Of a DNA stretch of 32,000 bases, positions 1-10,079 are shown one piece after another. This DNA is from Candidatus Saccharimonadota bacterium (GTDB taxonomy: Bacteria > Patescibacteriota > Gracilibacteria > BD1-5 > UBA6164), in NCBI GenBank assembly GCA_965227835.1, contig OZ245768.1, positions 1,260,001-1,292,000 of the forward strand. The letters run 5' to 3'. Position 1 is the stretch's first letter; every line of letters begins with the position of its first letter. Both the position numbers and the translations under genes were made by a program. The notes beneath the pieces are model-generated. The model did no database searches. It saw only the letters and a program-made list of their open reading frames with translations, and was not told the origin of the DNA.

Positions 1-1
1 C

Positions 2-508
2 ACAATATCAAGAGGTTTGAACTATTATACATGAACCGTAATGGAAACTTTTATAGTTTGAGCTGAAAATATATGAAGTATAGCTTCTGGTGGTAGGTAT
101 GAAAATTTATGTTCTAGTTTTTCTTGAGACAAATATCCTTGAGTATGATGTAGTATTTGATTATCAAGATTAATATCAATATTATCAGGTTTGTGAAAGA
201 TAAATTATGATATTAAAACTGTAAGTAGTGTTTTGGTCTTAAACACATGAAAGGAATTTCTTCAAAAAAATTTAGAAATAGTTAAATATCTAAGGGAAGA
301 GTGAATAAATACAGAGTTTTATTTAGATAGTGAGACAAAATTAGCCAAACAAATTAAGTATGCTGATAAAAAATGAATAAGGTTTGTGATAATCAATTGA
401 GAAGATGAAATGGAGAAGAACCTAATGAGTATAAAAGATTTAAAAAAGGGTGAACAATACAGTATGAAAATAAATGAAGTTAAAAGTGTAATTTTAGGCA
501 CTAAATAA
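2..508 (+). CDS. hisS: histidine--tRNA ligase, C-terminal part (5' end outside window)
   Basis: The frame is open from the window edge if TGA=Gly. Translation [88 protein letters not shown] matches the class-II HisRS motif-3 region plus the anticodon-binding domain. TAA stop at 506-508. 13 in-frame TGA by hand count. Confidence 0.9.
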
Positions 509-650
509 AAACATATTAACATATACTATATATAAGTAGTTTTATTATGATATGTATAAATAACAAGTAAAATTAAAAATATCCTCATTATAAACTGGGG
601 ATATTTCTTCAAAAATAGAAACTTTTTAGACTTTTCATAAACCTTAATAG

Positions 651-675
651 CAAAAGGCTAAAGTCCTTTGTTGAC
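651..675. repeat. short palindromic intergenic repeat (GCTAAAGC-core family), copy 1
   Basis: CAAAAGGCTAAAGTCCTTTGTTGAC, abutting the AI-2E gene stop. Confidence 0.7.
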
Positions 676-681
676 AAAAAA

Positions 682-1842
682 CTACTTCTTACTAGCTATA
701 GCCTTTTTCGTTTTTAGCTTACTTATAGCTCCATCAAAATCTTTTAATAGCTCTGCTATAAAATAAAACAAACTTACTCATATAAGAAGCCCTGCTATTC
801 AAAATAGTCTTTCTCAAATAAAAAGTATCAAGAAAGTCAAGCTTAGAGGAAGTTTTAAAAAATTAGAAAATATTTTAGGGTTTAGGTAATATGCTTCTAT
901 GGTGTGTATTATTATTATAAGAAGTATTATTGCTATTACCATAGCAATTGATCCAGTTGAAGAATAAGCTACTATCAAAATAGGTATACTAGATAAAAAC
1001 ACTCAAAGTACAGGTACAAATCAAAATATAAAAACAACTAGTCAAAGTGTCAGTAAATAGGGAAATCATATTCACTGCATAAAAACACTTCATATTATAA
1101 ATAAACCTATAGATGTTAAAACAGTATTAATGAGAGCAATTAATGATTGAGCTTTTATTATTAATCCAAAACTTCTTATTATTTTGTCAAAAATAATCTT
1201 GTACTCATTATATAAAAAAGAGAAGTTAGATTTTTTTATTCATGATAAATAACTTTTTAATCTTTTTCTATCAAGTAAAAAAACCAAACTTAAAATCAAA
1301 GAAAAAACTATTTGCAAGAGTACTATTCAAGCACTTTTAGCTCTATTAAAAATTTCTATAAAGAGTTTGTAGTCACTACTTGAAAAAGCCTCTTTCAAGG
1401 TAGAACCTATTTCTGTATAATCCTTGTTTATATTTCATAAAAAAGCTTTTATATTGTTAAGCTGGTCTTGTAGTATGGGTATAGTATTAGCTAAACCTGT
1501 TAATTCTGATTGAATTTTTGGTACAGCCCCACTTATTATAGAAATAAAAATAAGTAAAAATAAAAAGTACTCTATTACTATTATTAGGTTTAAACTGAAA
1601 TATTTTTTGAAAATTGTTTTACTTGAATTACTTTTTAATTTTTTACAAATTATATCTTCTACTTTCTCTTTTAAAAATTTAGCAATAGAGTAAAAAAGGT
1701 AAGCAAATATAAATGTTAGAAAAAATATTATTATAAAATCACTAAAAGAAAACAAAATCAGTAATAAAATACCATAAGATATAGCTTTGTAGTAAAAAGA
1801 TTTTGTGAAAATAAGCGATGTGATTTTATTTAATTCTTTCAT
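682..1842 (-). CDS. AI-2E family (PerM/UPF0118-like) membrane transporter
   Basis: Track ORFs 1435-1842 and 814-1002 plus the gaps between them share one frame and are interrupted only by TGA. 386 aa, multi-TM. FVPVLGVFLSSIPILIVAY..IIHTIEAYYLNPKIF resembles the conserved C-terminal core of AI-2E permeases. TAG stop at 682-684. Confidence 0.75.
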
Positions 1843-1954
1843 ATTTAATTTAAATATTCTAATTTAAAAAATTATTTTTTGATATATTTCTTGATTTATA
1901 GAATGAGAAATTTGAAATAATAAGTTTTTTGCCTAAACATAATAAAACAAAAAT

Positions 1955-3289
1955 TTAAAAAAACTTAATTTTATCTGCATTTGGATGTTCTTTTAATTTT
2001 TCAAGTGTTTTTGCCTCAATTTGCCTTATTCTCTCTCTTGTAACTCAAAAATCTCTTCAAACTTCTTCAAGGGTATGAACATCTCAACCATCAAGTCAAA
2101 ACCTCATTATTATTATCTTTTTTTCCCTTGGAGACAAGAAATCAAGCATTTCATACAGGTTTTCTTTCAATAAGTTCATATTTGTTTGATCATCTGGAGA
2201 AACATTTTTATCGTCTTCAATAAAATCTCATAAACTTGTATCTTCTTCTGATCATACAGGAGAATCTAAAGACAATATATCCTGAGATATTCTCATTATT
2301 TGTCTTATTTTTTTTATATCTAAATCAAGCTCCGTTGCCAACTCTTCCAAAAGGGGTTCTCTTGTAAGTTCCTGAGTCAGTCTCCTATAGGTGTGAGTGA
2401 ATTTATTTATAGTCTCAATCATATGTACAGGAACTCTAATTGTTCTTGATTGATCTGCTATTGCTCTTGTAACTCATTGACGAATCCACCATGTTGCATA
2501 TGTGGAAAACTTAAATCATTTATCAGGATCAAATTTATCAACTGCCCTGAATAGTCATACATTTCATTCCTGTATTAAATCAAGAAGTCAAAGTCATCTT
2601 CACATATATTTTTTAGCAATTGACACAACAAGTCTTAGATTTGCTGCTGCTAATTTTTTTCTAGCTTCTTGATCACCTGCTCTTATTTTTTTTCAAAGTG
2701 TTATTTCTTCTTCTCAAGTCAAAAGCTCTACTCTACCTATTTCATTTAAATACATTCTTATAGAATCATCGCTTATTTCTGTAAGAGATATAGATTCTTT
2801 TTTTTCTTTTTTTCATTTTTTGTCTAGTTCAAATAGATTTGCTTTTTCTAAATTATCAACTATATCAACTTTTAACTGAAGAAACCTTATATAAACTTCA
2901 TCAAGTAAGTCTAGATCTTCTTCTGCATTTGGTATAGCAGACATAAGTTCATCTTGTGTAATCCTACCTTCTTTTTTCCCTTTTATCATCAGTTCTTGAA
3001 TTCACTCAGGCATATCTTCCAAAAACTTTTTAGGTACTTCTATATCAATAAATTTTTGCAATCATTTACCTATTCTTCTTCTATCTTCACTTCTATCTTT
3101 AAGCATTTTATCTCATTTTCTTTCTTTTCTACCTGATCATACAATACTAGTTTTTTCAACTAGTTTTCAGTTTTCAATACTAACATCAACCATTTCTTCT
3201 TCAGGTTTTAGATTATCTAAAAGTAAAGAATCTAAGTCAATTTCTTCTATGTTGTCTAGATTTTGATTATCATCTTTTTGTTTTGTCAT
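1955..3289 (-). CDS. rpoD: RNA polymerase primary sigma factor
   Basis: 444 aa when TGA=Gly. Motifs: [66 protein letters not shown] (regions 2-3) and [48 protein letters not shown] (region 4). ATG at 3289, TAA at 1955-1957. Confidence 0.93.
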
Positions 3290-3566
3290 TGGTATTTTTA
3301 AGTAATTATAATATTTTTGTTTAATTTAAATTTTTTATATCAAGGGATCAAAATTTGAGAAAGGAGTTCAAAGTTTCAAACTAACTTTATACTTAGGAGT
3401 TAGAAAAATAATCAGGCTTTTATTTGGAAGAAGTTAATATGAGGCATTAAATAGGAAATTAAAGTAATTTAAGGAAGGTGCGGAAAAGTTCATTTAAAAG
3501 AAAAAATAGGGTAGAAAAAAATTGATTTAAAAAAATAATTTTTGTTTTTTAAATATTTTCTTAAAT

Positions 3567-4112
3567 CTATATTTTCATTATATCTTCTGTTTTCTTTTTC
3601 AGGTGATTATCTATATCTTTGTTTGCTTCATCTACTAGTTTTTGTAACTCTGCTTCTAGGTCTTTTTTTTCATCTTGGGAAATTTCTTTTTCATCTTCCG
3701 AGGTTTTTACTTTTTTCATAACATCTGCTCTGTAGTTTCTTACAGATATTTTAGCTTCTTCTGCCATTTTTTTTGCTACTTTTGATAATTCAATTCTTCT
3801 ATCTTCCGTCAAACTAGGAATTTTTATAATTATACTGTCTGCCATAGTTTGAGGGTTTAATCAAAGTCCTGATTCTGTTATTGATTTTGCTATAGCTCAT
3901 AGTATAGTTTTATCCCAAGGTTTTATATTTAGGGTTTGAGAATCCATACAGGAAACAGAAGCAGTATTTTTTATGGCTTGCATACTTCAATACTGTTCTA
4001 CCATTATTCATTCTACAAGATTTGGGTTTGCTCTTCCTAGCTGTAGTTTAGAAAATTCTATTTCTAGGTGATTAATTGATTTCTTAATACCTTCTTTTAG
4101 TTTTTCAAGCAT
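3567..4112 (-). CDS. frr: ribosome recycling factor
   Basis: Track ORF 3567-3845 (IKIPSLTEDRRIELSKVAKKMAEEAKISVRNYRADVMKK) extends upstream through 4 TGA codons to ATG 4112. The N-terminus LQLGRANPNLVEGIMVEQYGSMQAIKNTASVS..LNIKPWDK is typical of RRF. 181 aa. Confidence 0.9.
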
Positions 4113-4174
4113 AAGTTTTTATTATTTTTAGTTGGCAGGCATTATATAAAATTAGCCCTTATTGTAAAGAAAAT

Positions 4175-4202
4175 TTGACTGTAAGTTTATTTTTTATAGA
4201 AT
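4175..4202 (+). promoter_or_regulatory. candidate sigma-70 promoter for the tRNA (TTGACT-16 nt-TAGAAT)
   Basis: TTGACT at 4175-4180 and TAGAAT at 4197-4202, about 65 nt upstream of the tRNA 5' end. Such hexamers arise easily in an AT-rich background. Confidence 0.25.
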
Positions 4203-4267
4203 TGTTTCCACAAATTTTTTTTGAAAATCAACTATTTTAGCCTATTTTGAAAGGTTTTTATAGTGTT

Positions 4268-4346
4268 GCGGGGGTAACATAACAGAGTGAGTGTACTAAG
4301 GCTTCAACCCTTGGGTGTGCGAGTTCAAACCTCGTCCCCCGCTCCA
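4268..4346 (+). tRNA. tRNA-Gly(UCA), the TGA-decoding tRNA of genetic code 25 (CCA encoded)
   Basis: Cloverleaf folded by hand. Acceptor GCGGGGG/CCCCCGC, discriminator T then CCA. T arm GCGAG-TTCAAAC-CTCGT. Anticodon arm TAAGG-CTTCAAC-CCTTG with anticodon TCA at 4304-4306, U33 and A37. 5-nt variable loop. G1:C72, C2:G71, G3:C70 and U73 are the bacterial GlyRS identity set. Confidence 0.85.
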
Positions 4347-4358
4347 AATAATAAACTA

Positions 4359-4398
4359 AATAATTTCTTAATTCTTAAAGACTGAGAAATTATTTTTT
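4359..4398 (+). terminator. intrinsic terminator after the tRNA
   Basis: 10-bp stem AATAATTTCT/AGAAATTATT followed by a T-run at 4393-4398. Confidence 0.5.
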
Positions 4399-4426
4399 AA
4401 ATTTATTTAATTAAAAAATATTTAAG

Positions 4427-4858
4427 ATGATAAATCTCAAACCTTATATATGACTTACAAATATGATGGTTCTTGCTACAAAAGATACATTAGGAAATCC
4501 ATATACTTCAAATGTCTATTTTAAATGTGATGAATGATATAAGTTTTACTTTGAATCAAAAATAGATAGGGAACATTCAAAGCATATTTTAGACAATTGA
4601 TTGGTAGCTTGGAGTGTTTTGAATACTGAAAAATATAAAGAAAGCGATAAAGATAAAAAATGATTACAATTTCAATGAAAAGCTCGTGTTCTTGTTTGAG
4701 ATGAAGCTGAAGAAATTAGCAAGAAAATATATTGAGCAAATGTAAGTTTTACTGAAATGCAAGAAGATGGTCATCATATATTTGAATGTAATCCCGAAAA
4801 GGTAAAAATATGGGATGAAGAAATATATAATGGTGATGGAAAATTGTTTAAATTTTAA
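4427..4858 (+). CDS. pyridoxamine 5'-phosphate oxidase-like FMN-binding split-barrel family protein
   Basis: 143 aa with TGA=Gly. MMVLATKDTLGNPYTSNVYF..FESKIDREHSKHILDNGLVAWSVL..GLQFQGKARVL resembles the PNPOx-like fold family. Assigned from motif memory only. Confidence 0.6.
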
Positions 4859-4865
4859 GAAAATT

Positions 4866-5489
4866 ATGAAAAAAATATTTTTAGCTTCCCAAGCATGGGA
4901 AACAATGGATAAATTTATAGATTTTTTTCAATGTATACCTTGAGAAATGATAGTTTGATTTATCTCTACAGCTGGAGATGTTTATAGAAATAAATCATTT
5001 ATTGAAAAAGATAGAAATAAGCTTTTGGAACTATGATTTAATGTTATTGACATAAATATAGATTGAGAAAAAAGAGAGTCTATTGAAGAAAAAATGAAAA
5101 ATATAAATATTATTTTTGTGGCATGAGGAAATACTTTTTATTTATTGGAGAAAGTAGTTTCTTCGGGTTTTGATAATATAATTCGTGAATTTGTAGAAAA
5201 TTGAGGTTATTATATAGGTTCAAGTGCCGGTTCAGTTATCGTATGAACAGATATTGAATTAGTAAAATCAATTGATAATCCTGATGAGGCAAATATTTCA
5301 AACTTTGAAGGGATAAAACTATTTGATAAGATGATATTACCTCATTATGATAAGGGATGATATCAAGATAAGATGAACAAAATAATACAAAAATATGGAA
5401 ATTTAAAAGGATGAATTGTTACATTAAATGATAATCAAGCTTTGGCTATTAAATGAGATTATACTCAAATGCTATTTGCAGACTCTTAA
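4866..5489 (+). CDS. peptidase S51 (dipeptidase E-like)
   Basis: 207 aa. IIFVAGGNTFYLLEKVVSSGFDNIIREFVENGGYYIGSSAGSVIVGTDI carries the GGNT and G-S-S-A-G nucleophile-elbow signature of the PepE family. TAA stop at 5487-5489. Confidence 0.8.
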
Positions 5490-5510
5490 TTATTTCTAAA
5501 TTAAAACAAT

Positions 5511-5538
5511 AAAAAAGAGTGGTTTTTCGGCACCACTC
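5511..5538 (-). terminator. rho-independent terminator (minus strand), followed by a second hairpin at 5543-5567
   Basis: The minus strand reads GAGTGGTGCCGAAAAACCACTC followed by TTTTTT. It lies just downstream of ORF 5595-5777, between convergent genes. Confidence 0.7.
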
Positions 5539-5594
5539 ATTGCCGTCCACTTGATTGTGGAATACGGTTGAAAAGCATTAAATTTGCTTTGCTA

Positions 5595-5777
5595 TTAAGC
5601 TGGTTTAGTTCTACCTGCTGACTTCATTTTTTCTTGTATATCAGAGATTGTTTTTTGAGTATTTAATCTATGCAATTTAGCTTGCTTCATCATTGGATGT
5701 ACAAGAAAAATATAAGCTAATACAGAAAATAAAATCATTAAAGATATTGTAACAAGTAAATAAATCCAAGGTTCCAT
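5595..5777 (-). CDS. small membrane protein (60 aa, one TM helix)
   Basis: Uninterrupted ORF with an N-terminal hydrophobic helix (WIYLLVTISLMILFSVLAYIFLV). AGGAG lies upstream of the ATG, about 12 nt away. Strong terminator downstream. No homolog recognised. Confidence 0.5.
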   Translation of the reverse strand: MEPWIYLLVTISLMILFSVLAYIFLVHPMMKQAKLHRLNTQKTISDIQEKMKSAGRTKPA

Positions 5778-6253
5778 AAGTATATATTACTCCTTTTTTT
5801 GAAAAATTTTAAAGATTAGCCAAAGGTAAATATTACTCCTGACGAAAATAATTGTATTTTAATATATGTTTTTGTCAATATTTAAATTTGTGCAATCACT
5901 TTTATAATTTAGATATATTTATTATGATTCTCTACAAAAGGTAAGTATAATAACTCAATGTTTTCCATTTTTTTGTACTTTATAATGCCTATTATATCTT
6001 TATATAGATAGAAACAAAGTCTTTACATTGATTGAGTTTTATAATAATTAAATTATCTTTTAGAGTATATCGTATCTTTCTAAAAACTGCATTTCGTGAT
6101 AGATTCTATAAATTAACCTTTTACTTAAAATAAAAACTAAGTATGTCTTTTATGGAAAATTTCTATTATTGAATAAATGAGTACTAATAAATTGTCAGAG
6201 TTATTTTTATTTAATTTTTCCACCTATTTATTTTTATAAATACCCTAATTATT

Positions 6254-7486
6254 ATGAGTCTTTTAAAAAATCTTAGTAAACATTTAAAGGCTTTTTTGGT
6301 TACAAAATTTTTTGCATACAGCCAAGAGGCATTTTTTAAATTTTTAATAAATATCTACTTTTGGAGAATAACCAATGATATATCATTTCTTATCCTGTAT
6401 AATATTATATTTGAGTTTGCTCATACCTTGACTTACTTTCCTTCCTGAAAAATTAGTAAAGAGTATAATAGGTTTTTTCCTTTACGTATAGGTCTAGTTT
6501 TACAGTTTGTTTTTCTTGGTTTGATCCTTTTTCTTAAAGAAGATATTATTCAATACATAATTCCAGTCGCATTAATTGGAGGTATTGCACATGGAGCTTA
6601 TTGGAGTTCAGATAATCTATTAAAATTTGACCTTACAAATCCTAAAAATAGATTAAAGTTTACAGCAATACACCATATATTAAAGCAAATAGCTTATTCA
6701 TTGGTTCCTTTAATAGCAAGCTTATTGGTTATTAATAACTGAAATATTGTTTCTTCTTATGCAGAAATTTTTACTGCTTCAATGATTTTTACCTTCTTGG
6801 CATTAATTTCAACCTTCTTTATTTCAAAACAAAATAGCTTTGTTAAAAATAAATATTCCCCAATAAAAACATGAACTGCCTTGCTAAAAGATAAAAATAT
6901 TAGGACTGCTTTTATATCCACATTTTTGAGTTATATTGCGGACATATTACCCCTATTATTAGGACTTGTTTTATTTTTTTCTAGTGGAACTGAGCTTTCA
7001 ATTGGTAGTTATCAATTTATTACAGTTTTAATGGCTGTTATAGTTAACTACTTAGTAGGAAAATATTACTCGCAAAAAGATTATAAAAAGTTATTAATAT
7101 ATTGAGGGCTAATAAATTTTGCACTAATCTTTATTCTACTAATTAAGCAGGATTTCATTTCCATTTTGATTTATGGAATTTTAAGTAGCATTTTTTCGGT
7201 TGCCAATAATCCTTTTTACCCCTTGATTCAAGATTCATTGAGTATGTATGCCAAGAATAAAAAACATTTACTGGACATCAGAGTTGAGTTCATGACTTTG
7301 ATAGAAATTTCTGTTATGCTTGGTAAAATTTCAGGTCTATTATTTTTATTAATAATTCATTTTAATTTAGGTTTTAATACTATAGCTATAACAGCAATTA
7401 TCTTTGCCTTTGCTAAATTACTATCAAATTTCTATGTAACAAAAATCAAAGGAGATAAATTTATTACAATAGATTCCATAAATTAA
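6254..7486 (+). CDS. MFS-type multi-TM transporter
   Basis: Four track ORFs (6254, 6521, 6881, 7166) are in one frame, separated only by TGA. 410 aa and about 12 hydrophobic segments. The family call is generic. Confidence 0.65.
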
Positions 7487-7494
7487 TTAATCCA

Positions 7495-8100
7495 ACACTA
7501 AACCACCAGCTCTGCTGGTGCGAGTAGTGCAGGTTTTACCGTTCCGGTAGTTGTGTATAATCTTCTAGGAAGCACCTAGGAGGGGAATAACTTTTTAAAA
7601 ATATGTCCCACAAATACGCAAAGCAGTCCCATGTGAATTGGGACTGCACTTACCACATAGTGGTGGTACCAAAGTACCGAAAAAAAATACTTTTTCAATC
7701 AGTTAGAAAAGATATACGAGACACATTTCATGAACTTGCAAAGAGATATGATTTTGAGATATTAAAATGAAATATAACGATAGATCATGTTCATCTCGTT
7801 TTGAGGATATCTCCAAAATACTCTGTTGCAGAAATTCTGTGAAGATTGAAATGAAAGAGTGCAATAATACTTCATAACAAACATAGTAAGAAGAAATGAC
7901 TGTACTCGAAGAATTTCTGGAGTAGATGATACTATGTAAGTACAGTTTGACTTGACTTGGATATGATAAAAAATTATGTTCAACATCAGCAACATAAGGA
8001 TAAAACCATTGATGGAAATCAGTTAGATTTAAACTGGTAAAAACTATTTTAGCCCCTTCTAGGGGCTTCCATTTAAAGCTACCAGTTCTACTGGTAGATA
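7495..8100 (+). mobile_element. IS200/IS605-family element A (TnpA only; ends approximate)
   Basis: The tnpA gene is flanked by related subterminal hairpins: CACCAG-CTCTG-CTGGTG (7504-7520) and TACCG-TTC-CGGTA (7537-7549) on the left, AGCCCC-TTCT-AGGGGCT (8051-8067) and CTACCAG-TTCT-ACTGGTAG (8079-8097) on the right. There are no terminal inverted repeats, as expected for this family. Confidence 0.7.
7603..8040 (+). CDS. tnpA: IS200/IS605 family Y1 (HUH) transposase TnpA
   Basis: 145 aa. HVNWDCTYHIVVVPKYRKK..ITIDHVHLVLRISPKYSVAEILGRLKGKSA..FWSRGYYVSTVGLD shows the HUH motif and the catalytic Tyr region. 6 TGA=Gly codons. Confidence 0.9.
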
Positions 8101-8124
8101 TTTACTAAAAACCAAAAAGTCATT

Positions 8125-8823
8125 TTTATTTCAACACATCGGGATAAAAACCCCTATCTTTAGATAGTTAAGACACGGAAGGTGTAAGTGATAGAAATTG
8201 AATAAATGAGATGTGTTGTGACATAGGGTTTTAAACCCCGTTGCCTTCAGGCCGATTCTAAAGAAAAAAGTGTAAAAAATCAATAGAATAAATAAAATAG
8301 TGTTAAAAACTAACACTAGAGAGAATGAAATACCAAAAAAGTAGTCATGCGACATATGATGTCAGATACCATATAGTATGGATAACAAAATACAGAAATC
8401 CATTCATGACAAAAGAGATACAAGATAGATTGGAAAAGATCATAAGATGAATAAGTAAAAAGCTATGAGTAATAATAATAAAGATATGAATGGAAGAAGA
8501 TCATGTACATATGTATTGTAGGATACCGTTAACTAAACCAATATCTACAATAGTATGACATATAAAGTGAGAAAGTTCTAAGGCAATAAAGAGGTATTTT
8601 TACAAAGAAATTAAGAGATGGTATTGGAAGACATGAAATATATGGTGAGTATGATATTTTGTATCTAGTGTATGAGAGATAAATTGAGAAATAATATCTA
8701 ATTATGTGGAACAACAGTGAGAAGAAGAGAATAAGATTGAAGAGATAGAGCTTTAAATTTCAGTACAAATAAAAGCCCCGTGCCTTCAGGCCGGGGTAGA
8801 AGAAAAGCTAAAACTTTTTTACT
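8125..8823 (+). mobile_element. IS200-like element B, copy 1 (apparently intact)
   Basis: 699 bp repeated at 12066-12763 with only 3 differences by eye. Related imperfect hairpins around GCC-TTCA-GGC lie near both ends (about 8237-8254 and 8776-8797). Stem-loop AGTGTTA-AAAAC-TAACACT (8299-8317) sits just before the tnpA start. Confidence 0.85.
8325..8756 (+). CDS. tnpA: IS200 family Y1 (HUH) transposase TnpA
   Basis: 143 aa. SSHATYDVRYHIVWITKYRNPF..MEEDHVHMYCRIPLTKPISTIVGHIKGESSKAI..NIWGVGYFVSSVGEINGEIISNYVEQQ. 12 TGA=Gly codons. TAA stop at 8754-8756. Confidence 0.9.
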
Positions 8824-8956
8824 TGTAAAAATAAAGTTTTATATATTTACCCACTTAGTTCAACCTAATTCAAATTTTTTAAAAAACTGATTTTCATGAA
8901 TCCAGAAATATCAAAAAAAGAAAAAAAGGTAGATTTTCAAACCAAATGTTTATTTT

Positions 8957-9853
8957 CTAAACAATAAAATAAATACCGGATAAGATTATAATTATTGAAA
9001 ATCATTTCCTAAAAAGCTCTTTTTTAGATAAGTCTTCTTTTATATATTTAGGGAAAATCAAAGATAAAATAATTCCTAAAATGAAGATAAAAACATACTG
9101 TATGTTTGTAATTGAATGTGACAAAGAAACAATAGATATTGTAAAAACGAAATTTAAGAGTATGGCTGCACATACATCTAAAAAATCATTTAACACAAAT
9201 AAAGACAATGTCTTTTTTGAGAATTTTTTGTAACATCTTATAATTTCTTCTCTTTCTTTTTTCAATAAAAGAAGAATTAGAAAAGCAAGAAAACTACCTA
9301 AAGTTATATAAGTTTGAATTGATAAAAAATCATAAAAAATTGATAAATATTTAATTGAGGCATAATGTGATGCTAGCAAAAAAGTACAAATTAGCATGTA
9401 AAATAATACTTTTCTTATCTTAAATATTGATAAAAGGTTTTTACTTGTAATTAGAATTGAGCCAAATAAGACTACAAAAATTCCTACAATTTGTAAAAAT
9501 TCAATCTCTTCTTTCAGCAAAAAAATATCAAATATAAATGTAAAAATAGTAACTAAACTAAAAAGTGGGAGTACTTTTGTCGTTTCTTCTATTTCTAATG
9601 ATTTTACATAAAAGATAAAACAATATATGTATATTATCCCTGAAATTATTGAAATAAGTATGTGTTTTAGCTTTATAATCTCAAAACCATTTATTAAGAT
9701 TAAAAGTATTAGTGTTGGTAATAGAAGTAGTCTTGTATAAAATATAAATGATGTTTGTCTTTTGATGTGAGATGTTATCAAAAATTTATCTAAAAAGCTT
9801 AAAATACTCCAAATAAGAGGTGGTATTAAAGATAAAATAATCCAAAGTTCCAT
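8957..9853 (-). CDS. EamA/DMT family transporter with a 15-aa read-through tail
   Basis: Track ORF 9002-9853 (283 aa, about 10 TM, EamA-like) has no internal TGA and ends at TGA 9002-9004. Under code 25 it continues as G-FSIIIILSGIYFIV to TAG 8957-8959. Confidence 0.7.
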
Positions 9854-9864
9854 ATAAAATATTC

Positions 9865-10014
9865 TTATTTTCTAAATTCACTCCTACATTTTTTGGAGCA
9901 AAATTTGATCTCTTCAAAATTGTTTTTCCATTTTTTTCTTATCGTAAAATCCCTTTCACAATTTAAACATTTTTTATATTCTTTGAATTGTCCTCTATCT
10001 AGGATTTTAGTCAT
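9865..10014 (-). CDS. DUF2256-like small zinc-binding protein
   Basis: 49 aa. KKCLNCERDFTIRKKWKNNFEEIKFCSKKCRSEF matches the C-x2-C..RKKW..W..CS-x2-CR pattern of DUF2256. It ends 11 nt upstream of the EamA start. Confidence 0.7.
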   Translation of the reverse strand: MTKILDRGQFKEYKKCLNCERDFTIRKKWKNNFEEIKFCSKKCRSEFRK

Positions 10015-10079
10015 TTTGTTGTTTCTTAGTTTGATAAAAATTGAGAATAGTTATTAATTTTTTATTTTCTCCCACCTTT

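Noticed and set aside
4268-4346. The tRNA with a UCA anticodon could be tRNA-Sec (selenocysteine).
   Set aside because: It has a 7-bp acceptor stem, a 5-nt variable loop with no long extra arm, and a Gly-type acceptor stem with U73. In-frame TGAs number in the dozens per gene and fall on conserved Gly positions, not rare active-site positions.
5517-5567. The GC-rich twin hairpins could be a structured ncRNA or riboswitch.
   Set aside because: They lie between two convergent gene ends. The first hairpin is followed by a T-run on the minus strand, so a terminator is the simplest explanation. I recognise no conserved riboswitch core.
5889-5914. A shared motif AATTTGTGCA(A/G)T(C/T)ACTTTTA.A.TTT upstream of both TGA-poor genes (also at 17713-17738) might be a common regulatory site.
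   Set aside because: There are only two copies with 4 mismatches in 26 nt, at different distances from the starts (about 110 and about 200 nt), in very AT-rich DNA. This is not distinguishable from chance without genome-wide data.
8131-8355. A 74-aa ORF duplicated at 12072-12296 might be an IS-encoded accessory protein.
   Set aside because: It runs antisense through the structured left end of IS200-B and overlaps the tnpA start. Its duplication is explained by the IS copy itself, and its composition looks non-coding.
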